DNA from: Takakia lepidozioides
Lineage: Eukaryota > Plantae > Bryophyta
DNA length: 64,000 nt
Direction: 5' to 3'
Assembly (NCBI GenBank): GCA_030704615.1
Contig: CM060734.1
Location: forward strand, 42,098,001-42,162,000
Shown here piece by piece: positions 14,223 to 28,300 of this stretch. A program made the translations under genes and the position numbers. How positions within the stretch are numbered: the first letter of the stretch is position 1; each line of letters begins with the position of its first letter. The notes under the pieces are model-generated. The model was not told where the DNA came from and did no database searches. It was given only the letters and a program-made list of their open reading frames with translations.

Positions 14223-17200
14223 GGAAGTGGTTGGACCTGAAGGCGGGGCATTGTGAAGTAGACCTCCCCGCCAGACTCACGGTTGTATTTGTGGAATTCA
14301 TAAAGGTTAGCGCGCAACAGCTCACACACGATAAACAAATGCTCCTGCAAATCCCATAACTGTGAGTCCAATCTCATCTCTTGCATTTCATCCCTTAGCC
14401 AGGAGTGTGCTCATATGACGGATTCTATTAGCTACGTTGTCCTCGGACATATATGAAATGGAACAAAGAAGCCACAAGGCTAATGTGGCTAGCGGTCCTG
14501 CGCATCTTTCCTCCCGATAACAACAGAAATAATGGTGAAAATGCAGGAGTCATACACGATGATAGAAGTAGTCATAGAGACGTAAAACATGGTGCTTGTC
14601 GCCAGGGTCATGCTTATTGATGAACTTGAGAAGCTTAATCTCATCCAGGCTCTGGTCAAAGAAGTCCTTGTTGTTCTTAATGATTTTCATACATACATCC
14701 ACTCCTGTATGGAGGTCATGTGCCTGTATGGCTTTGCTGAAAGCAGCAGACCCTAAGTACTCTGTCACATGGTAACGCCCAGCTATCACAGCATTTATCA
14801 CCACTGGAAAATCTTTATCTTCCTCAAACCCTGTCCTGTGGATACCAGCATACAATGTCAAGTCCTTGTCAAAACATTGGCAAATGACATTGAGAGAGAG
14901 ACACTCTGTATGATCAGGAGTTCCAGTCACTACCATGCAACCTTGTCAAACTGATGGGTATCCTATGACACATTACAAATACTGAGCTGCTCTCTTCCTT
15001 CATTCACCATCACATCTGAAAAATCAAGAACTTTGCAAATTAACAGTGTGACCACTATTTTGGGTACGGTGTCTCTGAATTGAATTGAGCCCTGCTACCT
15101 TTCCTGACAAACAGAATAGAAAGAGGGAATGTACACTTCCAGTCTAAACATAATCCCTCTAGCATGAGATAATGTTCAGTTGTTTTAGGCCATCCAACAG
15201 CAAACCTGTTCTTCCGATGCACGATCTTCAGATTGAAGGTTTCAAACTCATCCTCTTCATCATGTGTTTGCTCCAGTACAACTGCAGCCTCTTCATCTTC
15301 AGCAGCCACAGCCTCAGCCTGTACTGCAGTTTTTTCATCGATATCCAGCAATTCTTCCTCTTCTCCTTCTTCATCATCAACTTCTTCCTCCTGCAGTATC
15401 AACCTTGATGTTAGAATCCAATCTTGTCACCCAGGCTAAATGGTTCTTTCACATATCAGAATTGAGACCACCCTCCAACCACATACATATGCATACAGAA
15501 CCAAACTGTATGAGAGAAAATTACAGCTATATCTTACCATAAACACACATCCACACACGGTGGTCACTTCGGATACAGCTGGGGGTGGTTCAAAAAACTT
15601 GTTTGCCTTCAACTTCACCTTGATTGACATTTGCAAATGAATGTGCCTACTGATTAAGATAACCCTAGGTATATACCTGCTTATACTAGGTAGCCATATT
15701 ACATTTATATTTCAATGAGCTAGTCTAAAGCTGCAGTCGCAAATGGGATCATATACATTCCAATAGGGCAATTCAACTGAGATTCTCTCAAGGAGAATTG
15801 GTATCCCACCGGATCTATGGCACCAACTCTACCCTTGCTTGTTCAGCCAAATTATTGCCCTAATGAATATTTTGTTGCCTGCATAACGTACCACACCCAC
15901 CATGCCCAACCATGGATATGCCTCAAAGTACATATTCGACTCATTAAAAATTCAGGATTTGCAAATCTGTGGCTCCTGCATGCCTTGCAACAAGGATATA
16001 CGTGGATGAGCCTCTTCCTACGTACCTACGGTAACACAACCGTTCCCAAAGCAGGAGTACAGGTCATTTTGGGCTTTAACTTCAATTTGTCTTTTGTTCA
16101 GTGAGAAAAGAGAAGCAAGGAGCAAACAAAGTAAGATGAAAAGCTCAAAAAGCCTGTGGAGACCGCCCCACACCTGAAAGGACAATGAGAATGTATTCAT
16201 AAGACGTTTGCCATTGACCCCGCACCCAGTTTGAGCAAAACACAAAGGGACAGAACCTACCTTTGTCAGGGGCTGACGCTGGTAGTAAGACTTACCTTGG
16301 AATAAACAATTGATCCGGGTTTTCCAGATCCTCTAGCAATCCCTTCACACAAGCATCAATCTGCTGTGTGTGGTTTGCCCAATAACTAGGCCCCAAAAGG
16401 GCCTGGGCTTTTGGCTCAGCCTCGAGACTTTCAAAGTTGGTAAACAGAGGTACAGGCACAATTCTCTTGATAGATTTGAGGAGAGCGTCTCACTGTTGAG
16501 AGAACCCCGGACAGTCAATCAGAAAATGAATATTGTCTTCAGGTTGCCCACGCAACGGGCAATTGCACCCCCATGTCACAGACTGGAAGCAAGTTCAGGG
16601 AAATTTTCTGCCTAACTTCATTAAAGTTAGGACAATGAGAAAAGGAGAAGAAAAGCTTAAGATAGAAGATACCAGTATCGATGCAATAAAAATGCAACTG
16701 ATGTTCTAATGATCAGCCTAAGAGTCACCTTTGCTCTGCCGTTCCCATAACCATCACTTGCATGGGAAGATCCAGTAGAGCGTGTGGAAACTGCCAGGTT
16801 GCAAAGTGCTTCATTAAGCGAACTTATAATCGGAGACGATTCGTTGCTCTTGCGTCTCCAGGAAGCTAACGTGTCATTGGGACCCATGATGGCCCTGCCA
16901 TTGTCCTCTCCCTCCTCTCCACGAGCTGGTGCAGAAATATCCCTCACTGACCAAAGGGACTTCCCTGAATCTGCCCTTGAGGAGACTGCAATATCTCCAC
17001 CACTTGTGGAGGGAGATGGGAATGAAAACCCACCAAACCCAAATCTCTCACCCATATCAAGCTCTTCCTGAAAATGATCATCTGCAGTTTCGTTGCTTTC
17101 CACCTTAGCTGACAACGCTTCTCCATTCTGTTGATGCTTAAGTTGTAAACTACCCTTCTCTAAACCTTGTCTCTCAACATCACACTGCTTGTGCCTTGCC

Positions 17201-20200
17201 CATGAGTTGTTGTAGTATCTAAGAATGAGTTCATCTTCCTTGTTCTCTTCATCCTGGCCTGTGGCACTCTCTGGTTCAGGCACTTGTCTGCTATCTTGTT
17301 CCACATCACCAAATCTGTCCACTTGTGACAACGAACTAGTTTGTCCAAAAGGCTGCACTCCTCCATACCCCCCTCCACCAATCTCTAGGTTTCCCTCACT
17401 ACTCCCACCCACAAAGCTCTCTCTCATTTTGCTGCCAAAGTCTGCCAAATCACTATGAATGCCCACTCCACCAAAGCACATCGAACCGAGTCTATCATCC
17501 CCAATTTTGAAGGTGCTACCTTCTCCGGGATCTGTACTTTGCAAAGGCTTTTCAAGTCCTTCATCATTCACACACACTGCTTTTGGGGCCACAAAGCCTT
17601 CCCACAGCGGCTCCGAATGTGTAAGGTTTAGCTCCTTGGCATCCAAAAGCTGACTGTCATACACCCTCTGGTTGAGCAAGAGGTTACCAAGGGGAACCTG
17701 CCCACAAACCATATGTGAGACACTGCACTATGCATATCTCTAGTTACAGAATGAGGACTCTTGAAGGCCATTCTGAAGCCAGGAGATGATATAAACAAGT
17801 ACAACCGAGTACCCAACAGAGCATGTTTGAAATGAATAGAGAAATCTGTGAATAGTACTTAGAAGTTTAGCTACAAGGGCATCCATTTCAGCAAGCAAAA
17901 GAGGTGGAGATATGCATGACCCAGCCTCTCAAAGCCTTCCACAATCTCAAAGTCAGAATGGAGATATTATCAAGAATTCAACAAGACGTGTGACTATAGC
18001 ACACAATTTTGTTTCTACCAAATACCAAGTAAAAACTCTTTGTATTTCATCAGTCCAACCAACTTCCGGCAACAGTACAGTGCAGCTGAAGATGGAACAG
18101 GTGTTGAAGTCACTCTCTGAATTCCAAGAAATGTAAACGCATCTCATGTTTCCCACTCATCATCAACACCTCCTGTTCTTCCCTTCCTTGATCTCCACTC
18201 TTTGAAATGTTACAAATTACTCATACATCATTTTCTCTATCCATAAAGAGGACATCTTGCCTAATGTGTTCTATGCAATGTACCTCGCAGTGTATGCAAC
18301 CTCACCTGGCTCTGCAGCCTGTCAAGCTCACCAGCCTGTATGTGCCCAAACAACTCATTAGTGTGGATTTGGTCCAACTCTGCCTGGATGTCCCGCCGTC
18401 CTTTCCCTTCCTTCATGCGGTAATACTCTTCCCCCGAAAAATATGAGTGCTGTCAGGCAATATGACACCAGCTTCAGTGTCAACTTTCCTTCGTGGGAGT
18501 GGGTCCAATGGGAAGGACATGACAGAGGAAGAATGTGCGATTGAGTGACAAATAGACAGCTACTCAATAAGGAGGTAGACAGTTGGCCAGTTTTAACAGA
18601 GAAGGGAGGAGTGAGGGAAGGAGAAGCAAAGACAGGGGGGGTGGGGGAGATGTGGAGAAGAGAGAGAAGAGAGAGAACATACACTCATCCCGAAATGGAG
18701 GGAGGCAAGGCTGGGAGGGAGGGGGGGAGGGAGAGGGATGAACTAGAGCATGCCTCTTCGTCCACAAATGAGCGGTCATCGTCATCATACTTCTCAAATT
18801 CCTTCCCACGATTGGGACCTTGGACATTCTCTAAACTGGGACGTGCACACTCATCCTCACTGGGGTAATCAATCTCGTGTGCCAGAAACCATTCTTCATC
18901 TTCAATTGGTTGCCGGTGGTAGCCGGGATCATCGTCATCCTCATAAGTATCTGAATACCAGTCGTCATCAGGATAGTCTACTGCCGACTCACTCCTGATG
19001 TTGCCAGCTAGAGAAAATCCAGATAGGGTCTCCGAACTTTCCTCAACAATGCCATGGCTGACTGACGGCCGTGTGGTTGCACTCAGCCGGCGAGTTCCTA
19101 CCCAGAAAAACAATGTTACCTTAGAACAACCACAGCACATGCTAATAACCCCTGGTGAAACTAGAACCAATCATCTGCAGATACCACAGAACCAAATGAT
19201 GCTCAGGGCATACTAAAGCAGCATTCAGCCACAGGAAACTCCACTCTATCAATGCAAATCCCAAATACTGCTACATGCCACCACCTGTAGCGGAAAAGAA
19301 TGGAGCAGGCTATGGGTGGCCTTATCAGAAGCTGCCAAAGTTGATCAGGCAGGTCACTACCTCACCTCAGAACAAACATGTATTAGTGTCTGCTAGCATT
19401 GAAATGCATATACCTGAAGAAGAGATATCCTGGCCAATAGGAATGTCAACATATGATCCGAGTCCAAATGGAGTAGCTTCAGTGCTCATCAAAACTACCA
19501 CTTCTGACCTTGCTCCCTCTTCACTACAGCCATCCTTCCCTGGTGCTTCAGAGGGCTTTGAATCAACTGATCGGACACGTACAGGTGGCAACTTAGGAAG
19601 CTCCTCTTGAGAAATCTTTTGAGTTACAACAGTTACCTTTGCATCTGGGCTCCCGATGCCTTTTTCTCCAACTGGTGCTACCCCCACTGGCTGTCCTCCT
19701 CCCTCATCTTGAGATACACCTGCACCTTGTGATTCACTGTCTTGTTCAGACAATCCGTGTTTGCTCACTGCTTTGCATGACCCTTGGTCTACCCTGCTAT
19801 CCTGGCACTGCTCCTTGACACACCACCATACTCCTGAATCTGGTGCGAGTGAAGAACTTGTCTTGGGGAGGGCATGTGGAAAGTTTGTTGTGATGGGTGC
19901 ATCATTCCACCCAGCCACATTCAGACCAATGCTGTTATTGTCTGTAAAGCCATTTTCTACAATACCTTTGTCTCTGGAGAGTGCAGCCAATTCCTCTCCC
20001 TCACTTTGCCCATAGCACAGCAGATCAACTTCCATGATAATTTCGTGATGAAAGGAACTTCTCTTGTCGCACAGGGAAACTTGCTCTTTTAAGTCCTCTG
20101 TTTTCTCATAGACTATGCCCTTGTCTGGTACATGTGGTCCGTGATTGATCTTTTGCAAACAAAGGAATTAAATCTCAGTGTGTTGACAAAAAACCCTGCA

Positions 20201-22504
20201 GCTAACCCACTTAATTGTCCCTCAAAGAAAGTAACACCTGCTGGGTATTTGTCAAACATTGGTTAGGTTCCATCTTTCACCTAAAGCCTTCTACAGCAAA
20301 TCTGAAGTCATGGTAGAAACAAACTGCTCAATGCAGGGATGCTAATCCACATTGGTCAGCCTTTGGTGTGGTATTAGTGCAGAACTCTTAAAAGACTACA
20401 TGAGAAAGCTGAGACTTCATCCGGGTTGTCTTCATCGAAGTTCCTAGGAAAAAGAAATTGATAAATACTAGCATGAGACCTACTTATGAAGGTCTACATG
20501 AAGCAAGATCACCTGATTTAAGGGAAGAACCGAGAGAAGGTTAGCCATAGGTTCATTAGAATAAATCAGGGAATGGAAACCAAAGTGTCAAGGAATTTAA
20601 CATGTATCAGTTGCTTTAAAACCAATATTCAGTTATATTCAGTAAAACTCTGCTGAAATAGTTGCCAAAGTGAAAAGACACATAATACTAATCAACCCAG
20701 GGTAGCTTGTCATGGCCCTTGCTCAAGAGCATAAAAAATTCCACCATAGGAAAGACCAGCTAATACTCCATGCCTACCTTGCTAGCTCTTTCTTGCTGGG
20801 TCACCCCCTTGTCTTTTTGAACCACCACCCTCCTTGCACCCGCAGCATTTCCTTCCTCTTGATTGAGCATTGCTTTGTCAGATTTTTTTGATTCCCATCT
20901 CTGCACAAATCACAGACTGAGTTAGGCAGCCTTGGCAACAGTTGTCCATCTTTCTTATTGCCTGTCTGTAAAATGATTTTCTCTTCAATTCTCCTGCACA
21001 GTGCAAATATGAATCTTCTGCAATATATTGCTACAGAGGCAATCCATTAATCTAATAATACACATGCTCAGCTAGGCTTAAGTTACAACTTTCATACGAA
21101 TTCTCCACTTATGCACCCACCTGCTTTAGAGCTTCTACTTTCCCCAAAGGAGGTTCAAGTGTGGGTTCCTGGAAACACACATCTCGTGCAACTGTTGGCC
21201 CCTTCTCCATCCGCACAAGGAGAGCTGTCCCTGAGTCTTCATGGTTGATTCCTTGTGGAAACAAAGTGGCATCTACTTCCTCGTTTTCTTGAGAAGAGCT
21301 TTTCCAGTTGGAAGAGCTTGGTTGGACTTCTGTATCAATTTGTGAAACCTCTGCCTGCGTGTTTCCAAACGTATATATATTTGACGTGTATCCAATTTGA
21401 GATTGAATTAACTCTGTTGTAACAGCAAATATCTTCTACATTACTGCTGACTGCTGTACAGTAGGTTACCAATTCTCTCTCACTTGGAAGGGTTTGCAGT
21501 ATTATCCATAATTCTTGAAGCTACCCAGAAAGAATCTCCTGAACAGAAAAGAAATAGAGAGACATACAGAGAAGAGAAAGGAACTCAATAAGCCATACCG
21601 GGCAAAAGAGGGAGATAGAAACTTTACTACGACCAGAGAGAGCATGTACGCATAAGATGTTGTTTGCCATAACCTTGTGGCCATAGATCCCAGAGGGGAA
21701 GAGAGAGAGAATGTACTCATAAGACGTTGTTTGCCGTAGCCTTGTGGCCATTGACCCTGTGCCCAGTTTGAGCGGAACACTCATGAGAGGGAGAGAGAGA
21801 GATTATATTTTGTGTGAAAGTATATGTGTGCCTGTAACTCCTCAGCAATAGCCTTGAAAACTTGGGCCAGGCCATAATGCAGTAGCATCCCAATTCCAGT
21901 TCCAGTTTTTGGGCCCACATGTCAGGGTACACATCTAGCCAGATGTAGACAATCAATGACACAGGGATGACTGGAGGGTACTAAAATTGACCCTTGAAGT
22001 TCTTACCGGACACAATGACTTTTCTGGCAAGACAGCCACCATTTCAGAGACTTGAGCATGGGTGACTGGAGGAAGTGAACCCCGATTCTTCAATGGGCCC
22101 AATACAGGCTTTTGTGAATCATGGGACTCAAGCTCACCACCCATAAACTCCATAAACAAAGCTTTGGGATCTTCAACCTTCACTACTGGCCAACGTTTGT
22201 TCATCTCTGATAGCACCCTCTCCTTTTCTGGCACTTGCCAAGCTGCCATTTGCTGTTTGAGCTCAGTGACAGCAGTTTCTTGGCCCCACCTCTCAGTATC
22301 CAATTTCTGTTGTTCTTGTGCTGCTCTCTCCTGCATTGTTTGCAGGTAAATGGTGGCATCGAGGTCAAGGTCATCATTGAGGGAAAGAGGGAGAGGTGCA
22401 TTGTCTCGTTCCCGGGCCCTGACCTCTGCCTCTAGTGCAGCCTCAGCCTTGGTAAAATGATGCCGATGCAAATACTCCAGAATAATGTTAATAGTTTCTG
22501 TCAT
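11711..22504 (-). CDS. Plant-specific DYRK kinase (DYRKP), copy B, complete, 13 coding exons
   Basis: Exons: 22504-21992, 21354-21121, 20900-20778, 20149-19414, 19097-18754, 18449-18306, 17697-16729, 15390-15206, 14835-14556, 14344-14237, 12942-12664, 12418-12275, 11899-11711. Kinase motifs: [72 protein letters not shown]-terminal [13 protein letters not shown]. These are typical of the DYRKP subfamily. Confidence 0.95.
13508..14187 (-). mobile_element. LINE family B: two stacked 5'-truncated 3' fragments in a DYRKP-B intron
   Basis: Near-identical to the 3' part of 57016-57943 ([19 protein letters not shown] zinc knuckle; ...[15 protein letters not shown] followed by GAGTACATTCT). Flanked by (GT)n/(GA)n. 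Confidence 0.85.
16192..16628 (-). mobile_element. LINE family B 5'-truncated copy with 13-bp TSD
   Basis: Homologous to the 3' half of 57016-57943. Direct repeat AGGACAATGAGAA at 16179-16191 and 16629-16641. Confidence 0.85.
21645..21780 (-). mobile_element. Two tiny stacked LINE family B 3' termini
   Basis: Two copies of the ATGGCCACAAGGCTACGGCAAACAAC...TTATG(A/C)GTACAT terminus, next to (GA)n. Confidence 0.75.
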
Positions 22505-24235
22505 TCTCACTATACAAATTTATGTACTGGAAAGATCACAGCGGAAATGGTCTTCCAATCGACGCAGATCTTGGATCTCCCTTAACCCTAACTTGCTCGC
22601 ACCACCATTCATCCCGAATATGAATAACCGACGAACGTGGAGGCCTCCGAATTGAAAGATGGAAACATGCCAATGCGCTTACGAGTCTAGGATAAACAGC
22701 TAACCTCCAAAGTCCCACACTGACAGCAATTTGTGTATACACCTCCAATCCTCTCGCACTCTGTTCATCACTGGTGAACACCAACTTTTTTCCATACCTT
22801 GACCATCAACCTTTCGCCACGTTCCTAGAACAGAGAAGGCTCTTTGAACCCCAGCGAAACCGCTCATCTCCACTCCGTCGCCCCTTCCACAGCTAAGGAT
22901 GCCTTACGACCAGACACTCAAGTTCACCAAGACCAACCCCTGGATAACCTACATTCGCACAAACAAAAAGCACTTTGAAGCAAACTACTTTGGAGAAACC
23001 AGGAGAATGCCTGACGGCTTGTTTCCTCCCGGTTCTACAGCTATACCACTTTGCGTCTGGCCGCCGATGCGAACTGAAGTCAGGACAAAGAAAGGGGAAT
23101 CAGGACAAAGAAAGGAGAGAAAATACAGATAGAAAGAGATAGGTTTCTAGAATTGAGTAAATGCATGGAGTTAACTGAAACCGCCTACAGACAACACACC
23201 TTTGGCCTCTTTCTCAAGTTTCATGCATCCTTCACGCCAACCGAAGGCAAGGTGGAGAAAAAAACGCTTTCTCAGCGGTCACACTTCCCCGAGCTTCTAT
23301 ATAATGCACTCCTCCTTGAATGAAGCGTCCAAGAAACGGTGCAATGTCCACTCCTCGCCTTCAAACGAAGCACCGCAACAAAAAGCGACACTGCAACAAT
23401 ATATACTCTAACTACAATTTCCGAAGCTACATTCCCAATTTCGACAGAGCGACGAACCCCGCACTTTCCAAAAGCACTCCACGCAAAAAATACATGACTC
23501 GCTTGCGTGTTCCAGGCGCCATGACTGAATCCTTCCAGTTGCCTAACCGCATTCAACAGCCATACATTGTGGCCTATATTACTGTTGTTTGTGAGGCACA
23601 GCGAGGGGAAGAGCGGGAACGAGCGAGCAAAGAGCTACTTACCAAATATCATTGCGTTTAACTTCCCCTCAAGTGGCTATCCCTCTGCTAAATTTGCTTG
23701 TGCTCCTGCCGCTCCAGCTCCGTACCCAATCTTGTGACAACACTTGTTCTTAATGTTCCTGCCATGTGGGGCTTGCACACATACTGAGATGCGAAACAAG
23801 AATGGAATTCAACTTTATTACAAGAATCGGGAACATAACGTACCATCCCTTTGTTACCGCGTTTCTTCAGGAATGGTTGATTCGTTCATTCGTCCAAGAT
23901 CGGCATCGTTGAAAGAAGACAAAGGATGTAACACTAAACAAAGGCTCTGCACGGAGATTATTATGAGCCCAATGATTGCATCACCTGTGGGTCTGCGGTT
24001 CAGTCTCATGTACCGTATGCCTCATGCTCACAGTTTCGAGCCCCACGCCTGTATAAAATAAGGAGTCTTATTATTGTTCAAATGTTATATTCTGGTATAT
24101 TTCTATTTATTTTTTCCTGCTAAATGAATGATCACAGTTTTTGTTATTTTGCTTTGTTTCTAAAGGGTACTTAACTAGTGACACCTGGGATTAATTACAG
24201 TGGAAAGGGGAAAATATAACACCACACAACAAGGT

Positions 24236-24305
24236 TAGGTAGGAGGGTTCGAACCCGGATCACCGTGGGTGGCAATCTATGCACTATCCAACTGAGCATC
24301 ACCAG
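24236..24305 (-). mobile_element. tRNA-derived (Gly-GCC-like) SINE head or pseudo-tRNA
   Basis: The minus strand has an A-box-like GATGCTCAGTTGGATAG, a loop TTGCCAC and a B-box GGTTCGAACCC at tRNA spacing. The acceptor and anticodon stems pair poorly. Confidence 0.65.
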
Positions 24306-24699
24306 AGTGTAACTTCATCTTCGTTGGCCTCTCATTTTAAATGAATAGCATCTTGATTGCACAAGCCTGAGGAGGCCTGTGGGCCAGGTCCAAAGAAAGG
24401 GTGACCCTACCATGGCCCGGGTCCAGGTCGTAGGGTCTGCCGCTACAGACCTACTTATTGAGAGGATCTGTTGCCTTATCCTACCATTGTGGCTACCCAA
24501 ATTACCGAAAGGAAAAAAAAGGGCCTTTTTTTTCCAAATTTGGACATGGCAAGGGGGTCTTAGGTAACCACCTTGTTAGAGGCAGTCATGGAGGAGATAG
24601 CCACATCAGCTCTCCAGCCACTTCATTAATAGCCAAAATCTGACTTCCCCTGTTACATCCCTTTCATTAAGGATGTTGGTTGTTGGTTCTTGTGCTTAC

Positions 24700-25345
24700 A
24701 ATGCCTAGTTATGGAAAGAGTATGCCTGGAGCTTTGTCCTTTCCAAGAAGTTCCAGAGCCCGCGAGAGCTCTAGTTTGGTAAAAAAGGAGCATCAAGGGA
24801 AGCTGCATCCTCCCTGGAAACTTTGGAGGGGATAAAGGCCACCACCAATTCCCTATGGCTTAGCTCCACAGGGGTAGGGGGGCAGGCAGCAAACATAGCA
24901 GTGAAGTAACGAAAGGTTCCTTTGCTATCAGTTTAGGCTCAGAGATCACAGAACCATCCTGGCAGATAATGGACGCAATGGACTGGCCAGCAAGCCTTTG
25001 CTTTGGCCAAGAGAAAAAAATATTTGTCCATTCTTTCCCCATGAAGAGACCAGCTAACCCCTGCATGGATACGCATGGAATCAATCTTGAAATTGATAAG
25101 AGATCGCAGATTACACTTCGCCTGATACAATGAATGTTCTGTGTCAGGATCAAGAAAACCATTCTCCAATCTTTTCTGACGAACCAGAATACATTTAGTC
25201 AGACAAGCTTCCTTCTGCTTACGCCGTAGGGCCAGATCTCTAGCTAGGGTCTGGCGAAGCTTCCTACAGGATTGCAACTTTTGAAGGAAACGCAGAGTAG
25301 GGGAGGCAACATCAGCCGCTGCGGTTGACCAGGCATTTTTGAGAA
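24700..25345 (-). mobile_element. Degenerate L1/Tx1-type LINE ORF2 fragment (region between endonuclease and RT)
   Basis: RIHAGVSWSLHGERMDKYFF resembles the L1-type motif RxxWxxxGExxTKYFF. Downstream LGKDKAPG resembles the KAPGxDG motif. Confidence 0.6.
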
Positions 25346-28300
25346 TTTGCACACCAGGGAGTTATTCAACTTGAAATAAGAATAGTTTTAGTGACATGGC
25401 CCCTAGAAAGACTGTCAGAAATGTTCATGTGGTTGGTAACAATAGCCTAACTTGGAAACGATTGCAAATTGTTTTTAAAAATGCCATCTACACATGTGGT
25501 ATTAGGGGTATATGTAGAGCAGTTTCACTCGGGGCCTGTTCATTCTAGAGTGGTTCAGGAATTACTGTGGCCCAGGAATTACAGTGGGGGGCTTATGTAA
25601 TAAGGCCACGTGTATTAAGAAATGAGATCCAAAAAAAGAAGGGAGGAACGCTAGATGTATTAAATTGGCCAAATTTAGATAGGGAGTCGTGTAGGGCTGA
25701 CATGTGTCCAGGGCCTTCTAGAAGGGTCCAGGCGGGCTTCTATAAAGGTCCCACAGCCCTGAGAGGGTTAATGTACCTTCTTACAATGCAGGATTGTACT
25801 AGAGGAATCTGCGTTTCCTAAAATAATCCAGGTTCCATGGAGCTTTCTTTCTCCTAGTGTTGTGGAACTTCCAATCTACCCCCCTTATTGGACATACAAA
25901 GGAGCCACTTGAATTTTTATGAATTTGGTCATCAAATTCGGAGAGGACACTTGTAACCCTCCATAGACGGATTCTGAATGAGGAGGAGGTCCGTGCCTCA
26001 GGAAAATTCATAAATATGGCAAAACACCTTGGTCAAAGTGCGTGTTTCCTTGAATATTTTGTGTGGAGTTGAAGAATCCTGGAAATTTGTTTTAATCTAC
26101 CAATTCCATCTGTCATTCTTCCACAATTTTGTCAGTAGCTACATTAGTATGTATCTCCGAATGGGTAATGAATCTTCTCTGGGCAGATACAGCCTCATCC
26201 ATGAGAGTAGGTCCCGGTTTGGGGGTGGCCCACCAAAAGGGCTCCTGGCGCATAGGGGTTAAGGCAAGGAGATATTCTACCTTCCTACCAAAATATAAAG
26301 AATTACAAGTGTAACCCACACCTTTCTACCAAATAGATACCTAGTGAGGATGGGAACTGTGCTGCCCACAAGCAGCAGTCCTGTTGACTGGTTCGTCGAG
26401 ATGCTCTTAGTATGATGAAATGTCGTGATGACATGCACTTGTCCAAAGGTGGCAGGTAGCAGTGTCCTGAACTGTCATGGTCCAAGTGTGCGCATGACAT
26501 CGCTTCCGTCTGGAGTTGCAAATGACACAAATGGAAGCTCCTATTCAAGGAATGACTGCTTGTGTCAGCACACCTGTCCATGCAAGAGGTTTCCACTGTA
26601 GTTGTGTCTCAACTGGTATCACAAATTTTTGTGACATAAACGTTTGCTCTATCATTGTGTATAACTTTTTTTTTTTGGTTGCTTTTTTAAAGGGGAAGGG
26701 GAGGGAGCCCTTTGGAGCTTTATTCTAACATTCCAAAAGAAACACATATACCTTGCCAGGAATGCAATGGTAGTATGTGTGTAAGTATGTACCGCCTAGA
26801 GCCCAACCTCTCTGGAAAGAGGGCGGTAGCCTATGAGCTGGAAGTACTCATGACTGCTGATCGTCCTAGACTTACCGCCCTACGGCGAAAGGCACCAATT
26901 TCAAATCCAATCTCGTCTGACAATGCCCAGCTCTGACAACACATGAATCTAAGGGCAGGACCTGAGCGAAAAGGTGCACAACATCATTCCTTGGCCGACG
27001 CTTGGATCCTCGAACTGGATGAAGCCATCTATCAGATATTTATGACAGTTTGTTTTAAGGAAAAGCGGCGCATGTCACACGGCACATGTCATGCGAAAGA
27101 AGACACCTCAACTGCCGCAGTATGTAATTCTCCGTGTCTGCTCACTTCTCTGATTCCTTCTTCTATGACACTTTGCAGGTGTACCGATGTGCCTCGCGGT
27201 TATTACTGTTGAAGGCTCACTCTTGCCGTTTGCAGGGTGCGCGATGATGAAACGTTGGACAATAGGTAATCGTAAACACTAACACAGAAGACACTGCGAC
27301 AAAGCTGAGCGGGAGGACTAGTTCATGATGCTAAAACACAGGGGTCTAAAAACAGGATGATAAAAAGAAATCCTTCATGTGCATCTATGGTAAGAGTGTT
27401 TTCAAAGATGAGAAGAGATTAAATGTGTGCAGGTTACGCATTTGGAGATGGTAGCAGTGAACTGTAAATGTAGCCTATGTTACAAGGTAGCAACAGCATG
27501 GTCTCACAAGAATTCCAAGAAAGAGCAGGGTGAGGCCTTGCCTCTTGCAGTCTCGATGTCTCTTCTATTCCCAAACCTCCTCCTGTTACCTGTATTAGTA
27601 CTAGTGCCAGTTAATCTCAATTTTGCGACTGGCAAATCTAACACATCCATGAGAATCATGCCAAAATTGATGTTCTCCATCTCCCTGCTCATCGACAACA
27701 ACAACACTCTCCATGAACATGGGGTGAGAGAGCAACAGCATGATTGGCCTCCTCTCTAGTGAGGCTGTGCTTTGCAAGCTGCTCACTGGGCACAAAGTCA
27801 CGCTCTTGTTCATCTGTCTCAAGCTTGCGTAGATGTCGAAGTGGACATAATCACTCAGGGACTTGTAGAAAGCAACGAAGAATATAACAATGGAACTCTT
27901 GAACATCAAATCCTGGTAACTTTGAAAACTAAAGAGCAAACACACAAATGCAACCATGGAGATAAGGACCTTATACAGAATAAGACACAAGGAAGCAGGA
28001 AGGGGTCGCCTTATTCCTATTGTAACCTTCGTCGTCAACAAGCTCCACTGGTGTCCCATCTTCCATGTGAGATAAGATGATTAGATTGTGTAGAAGTCGG
28101 ACTCTGCTTTCGAGAGTAGCATTCTCAGCAGTTCCATTTAAAAGACACTTCAAAATGAATATCCAGAATACCTGGGTAACTCGAACTCTTTCCTCATCTC
28201 ATGCAACAACTTAGCAGAAATGACGATATCACGCATGGGGCCATCTCGGAAAATGCAGTCCCGCACGTCATGAGTAAGTTGCCCTGGGTTCACAGAACCA

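Noticed and set aside
24236-24305. Functional tRNA-Gly(GCC)
   Set aside because: A and B boxes are present but the acceptor and anticodon stems do not pair properly; treated as a SINE head or pseudo-tRNA.
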